Positions 7,074-16,040 of a stretch of 64,000 bases of DNA are shown piece after piece. Every line of letters begins with the position of its first letter. The stretch's first letter is position 1. Source of the stretch: a virus; IMG/VR virus record IMGVR_UViG_3300044911_000926, positions 2,908 through 66,907 of that record; one strand, written 5' to 3'. The translations under genes and the position numbers were made by a program. The notes under the pieces were generated by a model. That model saw nothing but the letters and a program-made list of their open reading frames with translations. It was not told the DNA's origin and did not search any database.

Positions 7074-7292
7074 TTACCGATTGACACCCTGACGATGGAA
7101 CCGATCGTAAAGATCGTCCCACCTCACTGACAGGAAGCTATCCAGAACTCTGGCAACGCTATCCACCACAGCTTCAGTGTCGAAGTCATCCCCAAGTCGA
7201 GACTCATGCTTGGCGTGAGACATCATCTCGCAGATCATTGCGAGTGCATTCTGTTCCCTTTCGCTGAACTGAATCTTACTGTCACCTGACAT
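7074..7292 (-). CDS. hypothetical protein
   Basis: 72 aa, TGGAGTATCGCTATG leader shared with other early genes. Confidence 0.75.
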   Translation of the reverse strand: MSGDSKIQFSEREQNALAMICEMMSHAKHESRLGDDFDTEAVVDSVARVLDSFLSVRWDDLYDRFHRQGVNR

Positions 7293-7380
7293 AGCGATAC
7301 TCCAAAAGTAGTGTACGGACTGTGGGAAAAACTACCCATTTTTATCCACAACAGCACAAAAGTAGTGTACGAACAAACAG

Positions 7381-7396
7381 GCGACCCCGGGGTCGC
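7381..7396. repeat. perfect palindrome GCGACCCCGGGGTCGC, copy 2
   Basis: exact; 10 bp downstream of promoter-like motif 7407-7426. Confidence 0.95.
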
Positions 7397-7406
7397 ATCC
7401 AACCTA

Positions 7407-7426
7407 ACGAGGGGAACGACCGTGAA
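7407..7426 (-). promoter_or_regulatory. TTCAC-N5-TTCCCCTCGT motif
   Basis: exact copy. Confidence 0.65.
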
Positions 7427-7582
7427 ATCGACCGTCTCTGGCAGCACTGGTCAATCCCATCCCCATCCCCTCCGTGACGGGTTATTCGCGACTAGGGTAA
7501 AATCTAGTCGCGAATACCTATCGCTAGACTATCCGCACGATACCCTCTACGGGGTCGAAAAACGGGTCTGCTACGCTTCCAA

Positions 7583-7602
7583 ACGAGGGGAAACGGTGTG
7601 AA
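7583..7602 (-). promoter_or_regulatory. TTCAC-N5-TTCCCCTCGT motif
   Basis: exact copy. Confidence 0.65.
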
Positions 7603-7793
7603 ACCCACCCGGATCGATCGGAAGCGTAGGCGGGGCTAATTTGGGGGCTAAGAATCGAACCCGATAGAATCGGTGGGGAGAATACTGGTGACAAGCTTGA
7701 CACCAGAACGGCGCGAAGCGTAGAGGCTTCGGGTGATAATCGATCGGGAATAGATGGGGCCGGGTTGGCCTAGGATCGATCGGAATAGAAACG

Positions 7794-7827
7794 AAAAAAC
7801 CCCATGAGGAATTGACCTCATGGGGTT
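7794..7827 (-). terminator. intrinsic terminator
   Basis: 12-bp stem AACCCCATGAGG/CCTCATGGGGTT followed by a T-run on the minus strand. Confidence 0.85.
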
Positions 7828-7853
7828 GGCGATTGTCGTTAGATTGTGGGCGA

Positions 7854-8201
7854 CTATGCGGGAAGCTTACCACGTCGCGTCGACGCTGCTATCGTGTCCG
7901 CAAGTGGAGCGTCGCGCTTGGTCGACTCTTTAACTTCCTCTTTTGCTGCTTGCGCTTCCCGCGCTTGCTTATCGGCATGCGCTGCTCGAACCTTACCTTC
8001 TAGTTCGATTGCATCCCATGCGGCATTGAAAAACGACTCCGGATCGTCCTGGATGGCGCGTATCGTTTTGATACTTATCGCGTGTTTTGCATTGGCAACC
8101 CTAACCATCGGCACGAACCTGCCATACTTATCGACGAAGCCATCGGGTGAAAACATGCCGCACGAACCGACAACCTCGGACAATTTGCGTACATTCGACA
8201 T
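7854..8201 (-). CDS. hypothetical protein
   Basis: 115 aa, GGAAGG RBS, followed by terminator. Confidence 0.65.
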   Translation of the reverse strand: MSNVRKLSEVVGSCGMFSPDGFVDKYGRFVPMVRVANAKHAISIKTIRAIQDDPESFFNAAWDAIELEGKVRAAHADKQAREAQAAKEEVKESTKRDAPLADTIAASTRRGKLPA

Positions 8202-8255
8202 TTTAAAAACCTTCCAAATTGAGAGAGAAACAAGAAACGGACAAAAGCGGACACC

Positions 8256-9002
8256 TTACGAGGGGAATAGCACTGCCAGAGATGAATTTACTAGCACTTC
8301 AGCAGCAATGCGCGATGGGTAACGGTAAAGCGCCCGTTCCGATATTCCGAGGGATTCTGCAACGATGGGGCGTGTCGCGCTTGTGGACATTGCTAGGGCG
8401 ATATATGCCGATCGTGCGGACACAATGCCCGACGATATGAGCCTTTCCGCTTCGTCATCGGGGTCGACATAATCCGGACGATCGTCGGGCATCGATTCGC
8501 GAAGCATAACTTGTTTACGATCAATTCGGGCGCCGTCAATCAACGTTCGGTGACCATTTCTCAGATCGTCCAAAATGTCGCGAACAGCTTGCCTAGCGCC
8601 TTGATGGGGGTCGACTAGGGCATAACGCTCCGGGTTGCTCAGAATACGTTCTAGCGCTTCTTGTGGCATATCTTCGGGGTCGAACCATGGCGAGCGACGT
8701 TGTAGCCTATCGACGATTCGCGGGTGCATGGCGATACGTCTCGCCGATTCGTGAAATGCGAGAAGATAGTCGCACACTTCATCAGATTCGTCGGGGATAG
8801 GATCGACACTTGCGGGTGGATCGTATTCGTAGGGGACAATAGGAAACGGTATCCCGTAAACCGTTGATAGCAGATCAATGTCGTATGCTTCGGGGTGTTG
8901 GATAAGACCGGTGAAACCGTCACGTTGACACTGTCGGGGGGTTCGTTGTGTAGCAATGGCGACGGGTTCGCCTAGGGTGTCTTTTAGTTCGATTGTTTGC
9001 AT
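8256..9002 (-). CDS. putative ECF-like RNA polymerase sigma factor
   Basis: region-2-like FDPEDMPQEALERIL and C-terminal HTH TRPIVAESLGISERALYRY. Confidence 0.6.
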   Translation of the reverse strand: MQTIELKDTLGEPVAIATQRTPRQCQRDGFTGLIQHPEAYDIDLLSTVYGIPFPIVPYEYDPPASVDPIPDESDEVCDYLLAFHESARRIAMHPRIVDRLQRRSPWFDPEDMPQEALERILSNPERYALVDPHQGARQAVRDILDDLRNGHRTLIDGARIDRKQVMLRESMPDDRPDYVDPDDEAERLISSGIVSARSAYIALAMSTSATRPIVAESLGISERALYRYPSRIAAEVLVNSSLAVLFPS

Positions 9003-9047
9003 GGTTTAGACTTCCAAAAGGGTAACAGGATACGATCGGGACGGAGT

Positions 9048-9063
9048 TGTCACGATCGCGACA
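9048..9063. promoter_or_regulatory. TGTC-N8-GACA operator next to leftward TTGACA-N16-CACAAT promoter (9092-9065)
   Basis: TGTCACGATCGCGACA. Confidence 0.6.
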
Positions 9064-9127
9064 GATTGTGACAGACTATCGGAACGTGTCAAGTGTAACT
9101 TGATAAAACCTCAGACGATCCACCAAC

Positions 9128-9147
9128 ACGAGGGGAATCGACGTGAA
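9128..9147 (-). promoter_or_regulatory. TTCAC-N5-TTCCCCTCGT motif upstream of the sigma-like gene
   Basis: exact copy. Confidence 0.65.
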
Positions 9148-9662
9148 GCGACAACACCTGACCTATCGGGTTGATAGTCGACAATACCCCAACAGTGTAC
9201 TAGCAGGGTGGTACACATGGATCAAAGAAATGCCGCATTTTACGGGGTTTTATGGGCCTTTTTAGTGACGTTTACGGTAGTCGATAGCGTATGGTCGAAG
9301 AATTACTAGGCAATCACGTGAAAACGTAGGCAATGGCAAGGGTGTAGCGAGACCCGGGGTGGAACCCCATCGGCAGCCCAGGTTAGGTTACATTCCCCCT
9401 GGACCTTTTTTGCCCAAAACAGTCCTCTCAAAACGAGACACCTCAAGACATCTCCTTCGTTGTATCCGCACGGGCAAAGTTGACTTCGGGGTTGGTCAGG
9501 GTGTTGTTTCCCTTCAGAGGTTCTTCTGGCCAACGGTCTATTGGATTGCTCCTCGATCCGGAACTCTCCTTCTAGCTTAGAAACTGGACAGCAGCAGTTG
9601 ACACGATTGCGACAGTCGCTAGGATGTGGTTCGTGTTGGGTTTCTCGAACTGGGAGTGGATT

Positions 9663-10208
9663 GTGCCGAATCACATTACGGTAGTCGGGCTAGGCGGGGG
9701 CGAGTCAAGAGGCCCTAGTTACAGCCCTCTCCAAAAGGCCAACCTGTGCGAGTTGGTCGACCCGATGCCCAAGGACCTGGTCGGGATCACGATCGGCATT
9801 GCTATCAACGACCAGGGTCGTTTCAGGTACAGAAACAAGCGTACCGGTGAGTTATGGGCAGGCGAAATATACAGTCGATCATATCCTTCCAGCAGTAATT
9901 GGGATCGTGTCAATCTCACGGATGACGAGGTCTTGGAGTTGGAGTCCAAGTACGGCGCAGCGGATTGGTGCGAGTGGAGTCTCAGGCATTGGGGTACTTC
10001 AGGTGGAACCTATTGGACTTCCTTGACGGAATTGCATGGAGACGGGTATCCGGTGCTGATCGAGTTCCACTGTGCGGAGTGCCCTCCTAATCCGGAGACG
10101 ATGCGTAAGATCAATGACTACTTGGGCAGGGAGTATCTCATCACCGGGATTAAGTGGATCGGATACGATCCGTTCGGTGTCGGGACGTTTGACGTTGAGT
10201 TGGATTGA
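9663..10208 (+). CDS. DUF1281/Api92-like (ferredoxin-like fold) protein
   Basis: GTG-PNH start; PMP.DL...DWCEWSLRHWGT...F.....PP pattern. Confidence 0.65.
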   Translation: MPNHITVVGLGGGESRGPSYSPLQKANLCELVDPMPKDLVGITIGIAINDQGRFRYRNKRTGELWAGEIYSRSYPSSSNWDRVNLTDDEVLELESKYGAADWCEWSLRHWGTSGGTYWTSLTELHGDGYPVLIEFHCAECPPNPETMRKINDYLGREYLITGIKWIGYDPFGVGTFDVELD

Positions 10209-10237
10209 GTTTTAACACTTGAACTGGGAGGTTCTTT

Positions 10238-10501
10238 ATGCCACGTCACTGCGACGAGGATCAGACGTGCTTTAACTGCAACGATCTGTTAAGCGAGTGC
10301 TCTTGCGGGGCTACGGAGACGTATGACGTAGGCGAGGGTGCGATCTGTCCGTACTGCGGGAATATGAACCGAGCGTGCGACTCGGACGGGATTCTCTACA
10401 ACGAGGGCACCGACGAGTACGACTGCGGCGAATGCGGTCGGGAGTTCTCGGTATCGGTACAGGTTTCGTATGCTTGGCAAGCTGTTAGGAAGGAGGATTG
10501 A
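10238..10501 (+). CDS. small Zn-ribbon protein
   Basis: CPYC...CGECG; GGAGG RBS. Confidence 0.8.
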   Translation: MPRHCDEDQTCFNCNDLLSECSCGATETYDVGEGAICPYCGNMNRACDSDGILYNEGTDEYDCGECGREFSVSVQVSYAWQAVRKED

Positions 10502-10502
10502 G

Positions 10503-11075
10503 ATGACATTGCTAGAAGCGGTAAAGGCTGGGATCATCAGGGTCAGAAGAAAGACTTGGATAACCCCGACTGCCTACCTGAAGTTAGGTTACGACGCTCA
10601 AGTCGGCCTGTACCCAGTTGCGCACTTGTACGAAAGGGAGGCGCAGAAATCCATTGGAGAACCCACTCCACAGGTTGTCAATTCTGACGACTACTGGGAT
10701 GACGACTACGAGGAGTACAAGGGTGTTCGAGACAAGGACGACACTGGCGACCCTCTTGGCCACTTCGCCGATAAGACTGCCTACGACTTCATGCGAGAGA
10801 TGGCTGACGCTAATTCCATGCGTGATAGAAGCATTCGGGATTCGATACGCAAGTCGCCTCATCGAAGGCAACTGGAGATGGCCAGGTTCCCTCAGCGAGT
10901 CGTAGGAATCGCTAAAGATCTTGAGCATTACATTACTCGTCGCGGACTGTACGACAACGACATAGTTCTTGAAAGGACTGTCGAGCGAATCGAGCAGGAT
11001 ATCTCTTGTGAGTTTCGGAAGTGCTTCGGGATCGACTTGATAGGATTGTTGTCTGGCACCGAGTCAAAAGATTAA
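10503..11075 (+). CDS. hypothetical protein
   Basis: GGAGG RBS, coupled to the upstream gene. Confidence 0.75.
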   Translation: MTLLEAVKAGIIRVRRKTWITPTAYLKLGYDAQVGLYPVAHLYEREAQKSIGEPTPQVVNSDDYWDDDYEEYKGVRDKDDTGDPLGHFADKTAYDFMREMADANSMRDRSIRDSIRKSPHRRQLEMARFPQRVVGIAKDLEHYITRRGLYDNDIVLERTVERIEQDISCEFRKCFGIDLIGLLSGTESKD

Positions 11076-11095
11076 ACAATTAAATTTTGGAGTAA

Positions 11096-11482
11096 GTGAT
11101 GTCGCAGACTAAGAATGAACCGTTCCCAGTCGCTGGGTTTGTTATTACTTTCGTTTTCATTCTAGCGGTGGTCATTGCAGGGCCTGCGATATACGGATTC
11201 ATAATGGAACTCATTGGACGCGGAAATTTAGAACGAGCCAAGTACGAGAAGCAGATCCAGGTCGAGCAGGCCCGAGCCGAACTAGAGGCTGCCAAACTCC
11301 GTGCTGAGGCTATCATGCTCATCGGAGAGGCTGCTAAGAAGTATCCGGAGTATCGTACTCAGGAGTTCATCGGAGCGTTTGCAGAGGCCATCAAGGACGG
11401 GAAGATCGACCAGATCATCTACGTTCCGACCGAGGCAGGCATTCCGATAGTTGAGTCAGGTCGCGTATCAGGGGGTAAGTGA
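11096..11482 (+). CDS. membrane-anchored protein (SPFH/band-7-like coiled coil)
   Basis: N-terminal TM helix; PEYR.QEFIGAFAEA...QIIYVPTEAGIPI motif. Confidence 0.75.
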   Translation: MMSQTKNEPFPVAGFVITFVFILAVVIAGPAIYGFIMELIGRGNLERAKYEKQIQVEQARAELEAAKLRAEAIMLIGEAAKKYPEYRTQEFIGAFAEAIKDGKIDQIIYVPTEAGIPIVESGRVSGGK

Positions 11483-11739
11483 TGTTAAGCAGAGCCGGAG
11501 TGACTAGAGACCAGATCGATTCTGCTGTCTCCAGAGCGGCGGGACTCGAACTGACGGAAGATCAGAAGCAGGCTTTCGACTGGATCATCGCAGACATTGA
11601 CAGGATATGGTCAGAGTTGCTCAACAAAGACATTCAGATCGGCAACACCAAGGTTGAAGTAGGCTGCGTCCTGCCAGCCAGCGACGAGCACTGGGAGGAT
11701 CAGGTCATGAAGGACCCACACTCTGATCCGAGGACGTAG
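11479..11739 (+). CDS. hypothetical protein
   Basis: overlapping start/stop in operon. Confidence 0.6.
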   Translation: MMLSRAGVTRDQIDSAVSRAAGLELTEDQKQAFDWIIADIDRIWSELLNKDIQIGNTKVEVGCVLPASDEHWEDQVMKDPHSDPRT

Positions 11740-11742
11740 CAA

Positions 11743-11967
11743 GTGAACAGCGAACGATCTAGGAGGGCCGAGGCGAATGCCCGTCTGTGGACGGACTTTG
11801 TATCGAAAGTCGCTTACGCATCGTTGTACACAACCGAGTACACTGCCGACTCGATGGGTAATATCAAGAACAATCTTCAGCCTCCTCCGAGTTTGCCCAG
11901 TCGAAAGGAGAGGAGGAAGCGACTTGCAATTTTAAGAAAGGCCAATAAGCGAGGAGGTTTCGTTTGA
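11743..11967 (+). CDS. hypothetical protein
   Basis: GAGG RBS, basic C-terminus. Confidence 0.6.
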   Translation: MNSERSRRAEANARLWTDFVSKVAYASLYTTEYTADSMGNIKNNLQPPPSLPSRKERRKRLAILRKANKRGGFV

Positions 11968-12015
11968 GTGGCTGAAGGAATTTGGGAGCAAGAAGCGATA
12001 AAACCAGCCAAGCAC

Positions 12016-12044
12016 TTGACACCACCTGTCGCATTTGCGACACT
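12016..12044 (+). promoter_or_regulatory. sigma70-type promoter TTGACA-N17-GACACT with embedded TGTCGCA-TT-TGCGACA operator
   Basis: near-identical copy at 13112-13140. Confidence 0.75.
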
Positions 12045-12087
12045 TACTCTGCGTCGTTTGTTATTTGACTCTAAATGGAGACACACA

Positions 12088-12339
12088 TTGAACATTCATA
12101 CAGTTTACGTCCACACGAGATGTCCATTTGCTCCGGTGTGGGACTATTACAAGGTTGTCGTCAGGACTCCCGACTTCCTGAAATGCGAGGATCTTCAGTC
12201 GATCTGCGACAAAGTTCGAGGACTTGAGATGACTCAAGAGAATGTCATGAGGGAGATCAGGAGCAAACTGAATAGGTCTTGCAGGGTCACTGTGACTGGA
12301 AGGCACGGATCGAACGGAAGGCTTGAAATTACTGGATAG
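12088..12339 (+). CDS. small QueF-like/T-fold protein
   Basis: TTG start after GGAG; RCP...Y...TQE...GRH pattern; directly upstream of the TGT-like gene. Confidence 0.5.
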   Translation: MNIHTVYVHTRCPFAPVWDYYKVVVRTPDFLKCEDLQSICDKVRGLEMTQENVMREIRSKLNRSCRVTVTGRHGSNGRLEITG

Positions 12340-13108
12340 TAAATTGATCAGATACCACGGGACACCAATAACGCCATCTTGCTCTGCCGTTCAGATATTG
12401 AGCGGCAGGCATGGTCTGGTGAGTTTTGAACACCCAGACCAGATAGGGATGGTTGCTGAAATCTGTCAGTCCTTCGTTCTTGACAACGGTGCTTTTTCTC
12501 ACTGGAAGCAGGGGATGGGGGTGATTGACATCGACGCTTACGAAGAATGGATAGAAGAATGGAGCCTGCATCCAGGTTTTGATTGGTGCTTGATACCGGA
12601 CGTTATTGATGGAAGCGAGTTAGATAACATTGATTTAATAAAAGACTGGATTAGCAGAAACGCTTCAATAAAGCACCAGAGCGTTCCAGTGTGGCATCTT
12701 CATGAATCTCTTGGCTGGCTTCATGAAATGGCATTTAATCTTGGTCTAAAAAGGATAGCGATTGGATCTTCTGGAGACTACAGCGTCCCAGGGTCTGACG
12801 AGTGGGAGTTTAGGATGAGCGAGGTCATGGATGTAATTTGTGATGCAGAAGGCAGGCCAAGAGTAAAGGTCCACGGACTAAGGATGATGGACCCGAAGTT
12901 GTTCAGTAGATACCCATTTTCAAGCGTCGATTCTTGCAATGTTGCAAGGAACATTGGGATAGACAAGCAGTGGGAGAGTTTTAAGTATGCCGGGCAGATA
13001 AGCAAGGCGGTGCGAGGTGACATCATTGCGCACAGAATTGAATCTCACGCGGCAGCTTCTGTCTGGGTTAAGTGCCACCAAGAAAGCCAAGGGCTTTTAT
13101 TTGAGTAA
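12323..13108 (+). CDS. DpdA/tRNA-guanine transglycosylase-like protein
   Basis: LDNGAFS, PDVIDG, PVWH, IAIG, HGL and SVDS motifs of the TGT/DpdA superfamily. Confidence 0.7.
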   Translation: MKLLDSKLIRYHGTPITPSCSAVQILSGRHGLVSFEHPDQIGMVAEICQSFVLDNGAFSHWKQGMGVIDIDAYEEWIEEWSLHPGFDWCLIPDVIDGSELDNIDLIKDWISRNASIKHQSVPVWHLHESLGWLHEMAFNLGLKRIAIGSSGDYSVPGSDEWEFRMSEVMDVICDAEGRPRVKVHGLRMMDPKLFSRYPFSSVDSCNVARNIGIDKQWESFKYAGQISKAVRGDIIAHRIESHAAASVWVKCHQESQGLLFE

Positions 13109-13111
13109 TGC

Positions 13112-13140
13112 TTGACACCGCCTGTCTCATTTGCGACACT
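13112..13140 (+). promoter_or_regulatory. sigma70-type promoter with TGTC-N8-GACA operator
   Basis: TTGACA-N17-GACACT. Confidence 0.75.
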
Positions 13141-13170
13141 TCATAAATCACTTAGCCACTGGAGGTAACA

Positions 13171-13563
13171 ATGTCGATCCTAGACTTACTCATGAAGATA
13201 TTCCCTCAGATCCAGAAGCGGATCGATGACGCAGTGAACGAAGCGCAGAGACAAGAGCGGTTGGCTGCTGATGCCAGGGTTGCAGATGCTTTGAGACAAG
13301 AGAGAGACCTGGCTTATGATTTGATTGAAAAGCGAGTGGCTGACGACAAGAAGTTAGTCAAGGACTTTGTCGAGCGAATGTCGACGGTGGGCTGTTTGAA
13401 TCGTGATAGATGTGACATCTACGCAGTCCAGGTGCAGATCCACTATCCACTTGTTGCAGGAGCGCATGGGCAAGAAATGATGATGCTTGCCGAAGAACTC
13501 GGCAGAAGGGTTAGGAATGAAGTGGCTAGTTCGAGATTCATTAAATCGCCAGGCTGGAGGTAA
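13171..13563 (+). CDS. hypothetical protein
   Basis: GGAGG RBS. Confidence 0.8.
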   Translation: MSILDLLMKIFPQIQKRIDDAVNEAQRQERLAADARVADALRQERDLAYDLIEKRVADDKKLVKDFVERMSTVGCLNRDRCDIYAVQVQIHYPLVAGAHGQEMMMLAEELGRRVRNEVASSRFIKSPGWR

Positions 13564-13565
13564 CA

Positions 13566-14003
13566 ATGCACAGAGCACTACTGTTCGTTAGAGGACGCTG
13601 GGAGCCAACCTATTCGTCTCCTAGCCTTCGCGACATCGAGAAGTTGGTCGAGCAAGAGGCAGGCAATGCAGACGAGGAGATTGCCTACCTGTATCAAGGC
13701 CGAACAACGGCACTCGATCGATGGCACATCATGGACGAGTATTGCAGGATCGAACTCAAGCCTGCATACGGAACGTTTCCGAACAGAGTGGACGACGCCT
13801 CTGAATGCAACATGACGCTGTCGAAGGTGTTCCCGATCTTCAAGGACGGACTTGTTCACCACTGGGAGGAGTTCCTGCACTACGACACGAAAAAGGGTCC
13901 ATTCCTTTGGGTATGCACTGCAAGGTGCTTGGATAGGAACGGAGAGGTCTACTCCATGCGGGGTCAGATCATGGAGTTGATGAGCGGTATTTCAGTCCAA
14001 TAA
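13566..14003 (+). CDS. hypothetical protein
   Basis: GGAGG RBS. Confidence 0.75.
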   Translation: MHRALLFVRGRWEPTYSSPSLRDIEKLVEQEAGNADEEIAYLYQGRTTALDRWHIMDEYCRIELKPAYGTFPNRVDDASECNMTLSKVFPIFKDGLVHHWEEFLHYDTKKGPFLWVCTARCLDRNGEVYSMRGQIMELMSGISVQ

Positions 14004-14019
14004 ACTGGAGAGGGTTAAG

Positions 14020-14421
14020 ATGAATAGACGATTGACAGGCGGCGAAACTGAAAGGATCGCCAATGCTTACGGTGCGTTACTTGGCTTTCCGCCAGGGCTA
14101 GACAACTCGGCAACGGAAAACTGCCGAATGCTTTTGCAGGACATGCTAACCCACAACACCACCGACGGCCGCCCATGCGTCGAGCCTCCGCTAACGGACG
14201 AGGATGCCCAAAAGCGTGTGTTAGTAATGGTGCGGAATGGAGAAATGGAGCCGTGGCTAGGTCTTGGGACTCTGGCTTTTTGCTTGGACTGCACACCCCA
14301 ATACATTGTTGTTTGGCCTCAAAAAGACTGGCCTAAGAAAGGAGTATATGGGTGCTGGAGGCTTGCCCGACGTGCCACACCCGAAGAAATCGCTGCGGTA
14401 GGGCTGGAGGTGACGCAATGA
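14020..14421 (+). CDS. hypothetical protein
   Basis: GGAGAGG RBS. Confidence 0.7.
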   Translation: MNRRLTGGETERIANAYGALLGFPPGLDNSATENCRMLLQDMLTHNTTDGRPCVEPPLTDEDAQKRVLVMVRNGEMEPWLGLGTLAFCLDCTPQYIVVWPQKDWPKKGVYGCWRLARRATPEEIAAVGLEVTQ

Positions 14422-14783
14422 ACGAACAACAAACAGAACCAGTCATCTCCCAGTCATCAGCAAGAAACATGCTTGCCCTACTCAGGGAGCTAAAATTCAG
14501 GCTCATGGACGCAGAGTCGTGGGATTCGTTGATGATGTTCGAGATGCTGGACGCGATCGACGAGGCCATCGAGCAAGCCGATCCGAAGGCGACCCCGGGG
14601 TCGCTGTGGCGAATTGACTCAGAGCACAAGGAAGCCGAACCAGCAATCGACAGGGCGAAGCAGTTGAGGAGCAAGGGCTGGGCTGCTAGTGCTAAGAAGA
14701 TCGCAGGTGAGTGGCTGGTCAAGGTCAGGATCAAGAAGGCGGAGGAGGTAGCAGCAGATGATGCAGCACGAGAAGATAGTTAA
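14418..14783 (+). CDS. hypothetical protein (contains palindrome copy 3)
   Basis: GGAGG RBS, ATGA overlap. Confidence 0.7.
   Translation: MNEQQTEPVISQSSARNMLALLRELKFRLMDAESWDSLMMFEMLDAIDEAIEQADPKATPGSLWRIDSEHKEAEPAIDRAKQLRSKGWAASAKKIAGEWLVKVRIKKAEEVAADDAAREDS
14589..14604. repeat. perfect palindrome GCGACCCCGGGGTCGC, copy 3 (intragenic)
   Basis: exact 16-mer. Confidence 0.95.
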
Positions 14784-15057
14784 GCGACCAGACGGATTCC
14801 GAGTCAGGATCAAGGTCAGCCTAATGGTTGACCTCCAAGGTTTTAGTTGGCACTTCTCCGTTGACTGGTGCAAGCCTGGAAAGAGGACATGGATTTTTCC
14901 AGTCGACAAGAACTGCTACTCATATAGGAGACTTTCTTCCGAGGACAGGGACAAATTGATTCGCAATCAGTCGCTTCTTTTGGCAAGCGCAGAGGAGGTC
15001 CATTGCGTTATGGTTGAGTTGTGGGAAAAGTTAAGGCCAAGCATAGAAACCTCTTGA
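14758..15057 (+). CDS. hypothetical protein
   Basis: GGAGG RBS, 99 aa. Confidence 0.7.
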   Translation: MMQHEKIVKRPDGFRVRIKVSLMVDLQGFSWHFSVDWCKPGKRTWIFPVDKNCYSYRRLSSEDRDKLIRNQSLLLASAEEVHCVMVELWEKLRPSIETS

Positions 15058-15082
15058 CACTCGCTGTCCCGATTGAGACAAT
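15054..15082 (+). promoter_or_regulatory. sigma70-type promoter TTGACA-N17-GACAAT with TGTC-N8-GACA operator
   Basis: same geometry as 12016 and 13112. Confidence 0.7.
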
Positions 15083-15139
15083 TCGACCACTTCAGTTTGT
15101 TAGATAGGATTGAGAACTCTAAATAAAGGATGTTGAAAG

Positions 15140-15502
15140 ATGCGTACCCCAACTTATCTGATTGCCCTGCTGTTCTTGTTCATGACAAGTCAGGCCCAGG
15201 CACAGTTCTGCTTGGACGGGAAGTGCTACGGCGGGCCTCAGCAGACGGTCGTGCGAAGTCAGGCGCCGGTCCTGAATGGCGTTACTCGCGTTGTGGATGG
15301 AGCAGCGGTCATCGTTCAGGCTCCGGTCCAGATTGCGTCCAACGTCGCCAGGACCGCGTATCGGGCCGCAGGAGCGATTGTGAACCGAGATCCGGTTACT
15401 GGGTCAAATTGCGTTCAATCGTCCAGTCAGACTGTTCTTGCGCCACGGAATGCCATTAGATCGGTAGGCACAAGGCTGTTTCGCTTTGGGCGTTGCAGGT
15501 AG
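15140..15502 (+). CDS. secreted protein
   Basis: signal peptide (AQA cleavage site), CLDGKC motif, Arg-rich tail typical of planctomycete small secreted proteins. Confidence 0.7.
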   Translation: MRTPTYLIALLFLFMTSQAQAQFCLDGKCYGGPQQTVVRSQAPVLNGVTRVVDGAAVIVQAPVQIASNVARTAYRAAGAIVNRDPVTGSNCVQSSSQTVLAPRNAIRSVGTRLFRFGRCR

Positions 15503-15510
15503 TCGGCTAG

Positions 15511-15619
15511 GGATCGGCGGCGTGGTGGGAACACGCAGATGGCTAGGTTGTGTGCGGCTTAGTGAAAGATTGCGATTAGTGACGCAAACGCACAGCAGGT
15601 TAGAATCCTGCCCGATCCA
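15511..15619 (+). ncRNA. tRNA-like RNA with non-canonical anticodon/variable region
   Basis: acceptor GGATCGG/CCGATCC+A, D-arm GCGTG/CACGC, T-arm GCAGG-TTAGAAT-CCTGC; 58-nt central insert. Confidence 0.7.
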
Positions 15620-15638
15620 TTTTGCTCAAGGAAACTTT

Positions 15639-15938
15639 ATGGCGACGAAATCAGATGGCGGTGTTTGGATGAATGATGAGTCTCGCTGTATTTCGCTTTC
15701 TCGACGAGTCGCAGAGGAGGCGATGCGAGCAGCTAGACTTGATGTTTCTGATTTTCGTTTGCGTGATGCGATAATTGGGGCGATCAATAAAACCGTAGAA
15801 GACGCAATGGATTCGGCCGCAGAGCAGGCTGTCGATCAGTCAATTTACAAGCGAGCGTTTGACAGCATGGCCGAGCAGATGCTTTGCCCAAAAATGACTG
15901 GTCTGGAGATGGCAAAGAGTCAATTGGGCGAAAAGTAA
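15639..15938 (+). CDS. hypothetical protein
   Basis: AAGGA RBS. Confidence 0.6.
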   Translation: MATKSDGGVWMNDESRCISLSRRVAEEAMRAARLDVSDFRLRDAIIGAINKTVEDAMDSAAEQAVDQSIYKRAFDSMAEQMLCPKMTGLEMAKSQLGEK

Positions 15939-15980
15939 CTTTGCAACTCGAAGTGAGTCTCATGACTCCGTAGTTGCAGC

Positions 15981-16026
15981 CCAATCCCGGGCCAGTGAAC
16001 GGCTGGCTCGGGATGGGTTTTACTTT
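15981..16026 (+). terminator. intrinsic terminator
   Basis: ~15-bp GC-rich stem followed by TTTTACTTT. Confidence 0.75.
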
Positions 16027-16040
16027 AACAGGGAGACGCA

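Noticed and set aside
866-7110. Repeats in the early region as a CRISPR or TIGR-type array
   Set aside because: The repeats are separated by whole genes, not constant-length spacers, and no cas or Nop-domain gene is recognisable.
9348-9368. GACCCGGGGT as a sixth palindrome copy
   Set aside because: Only a partial match; the arms are not palindromic.
15511-15619. Canonical tRNA or tmRNA
   Set aside because: No 5-bp/7-nt anticodon arm, no G3-U70 pair and no tag reading frame; kept only as tRNA-like.
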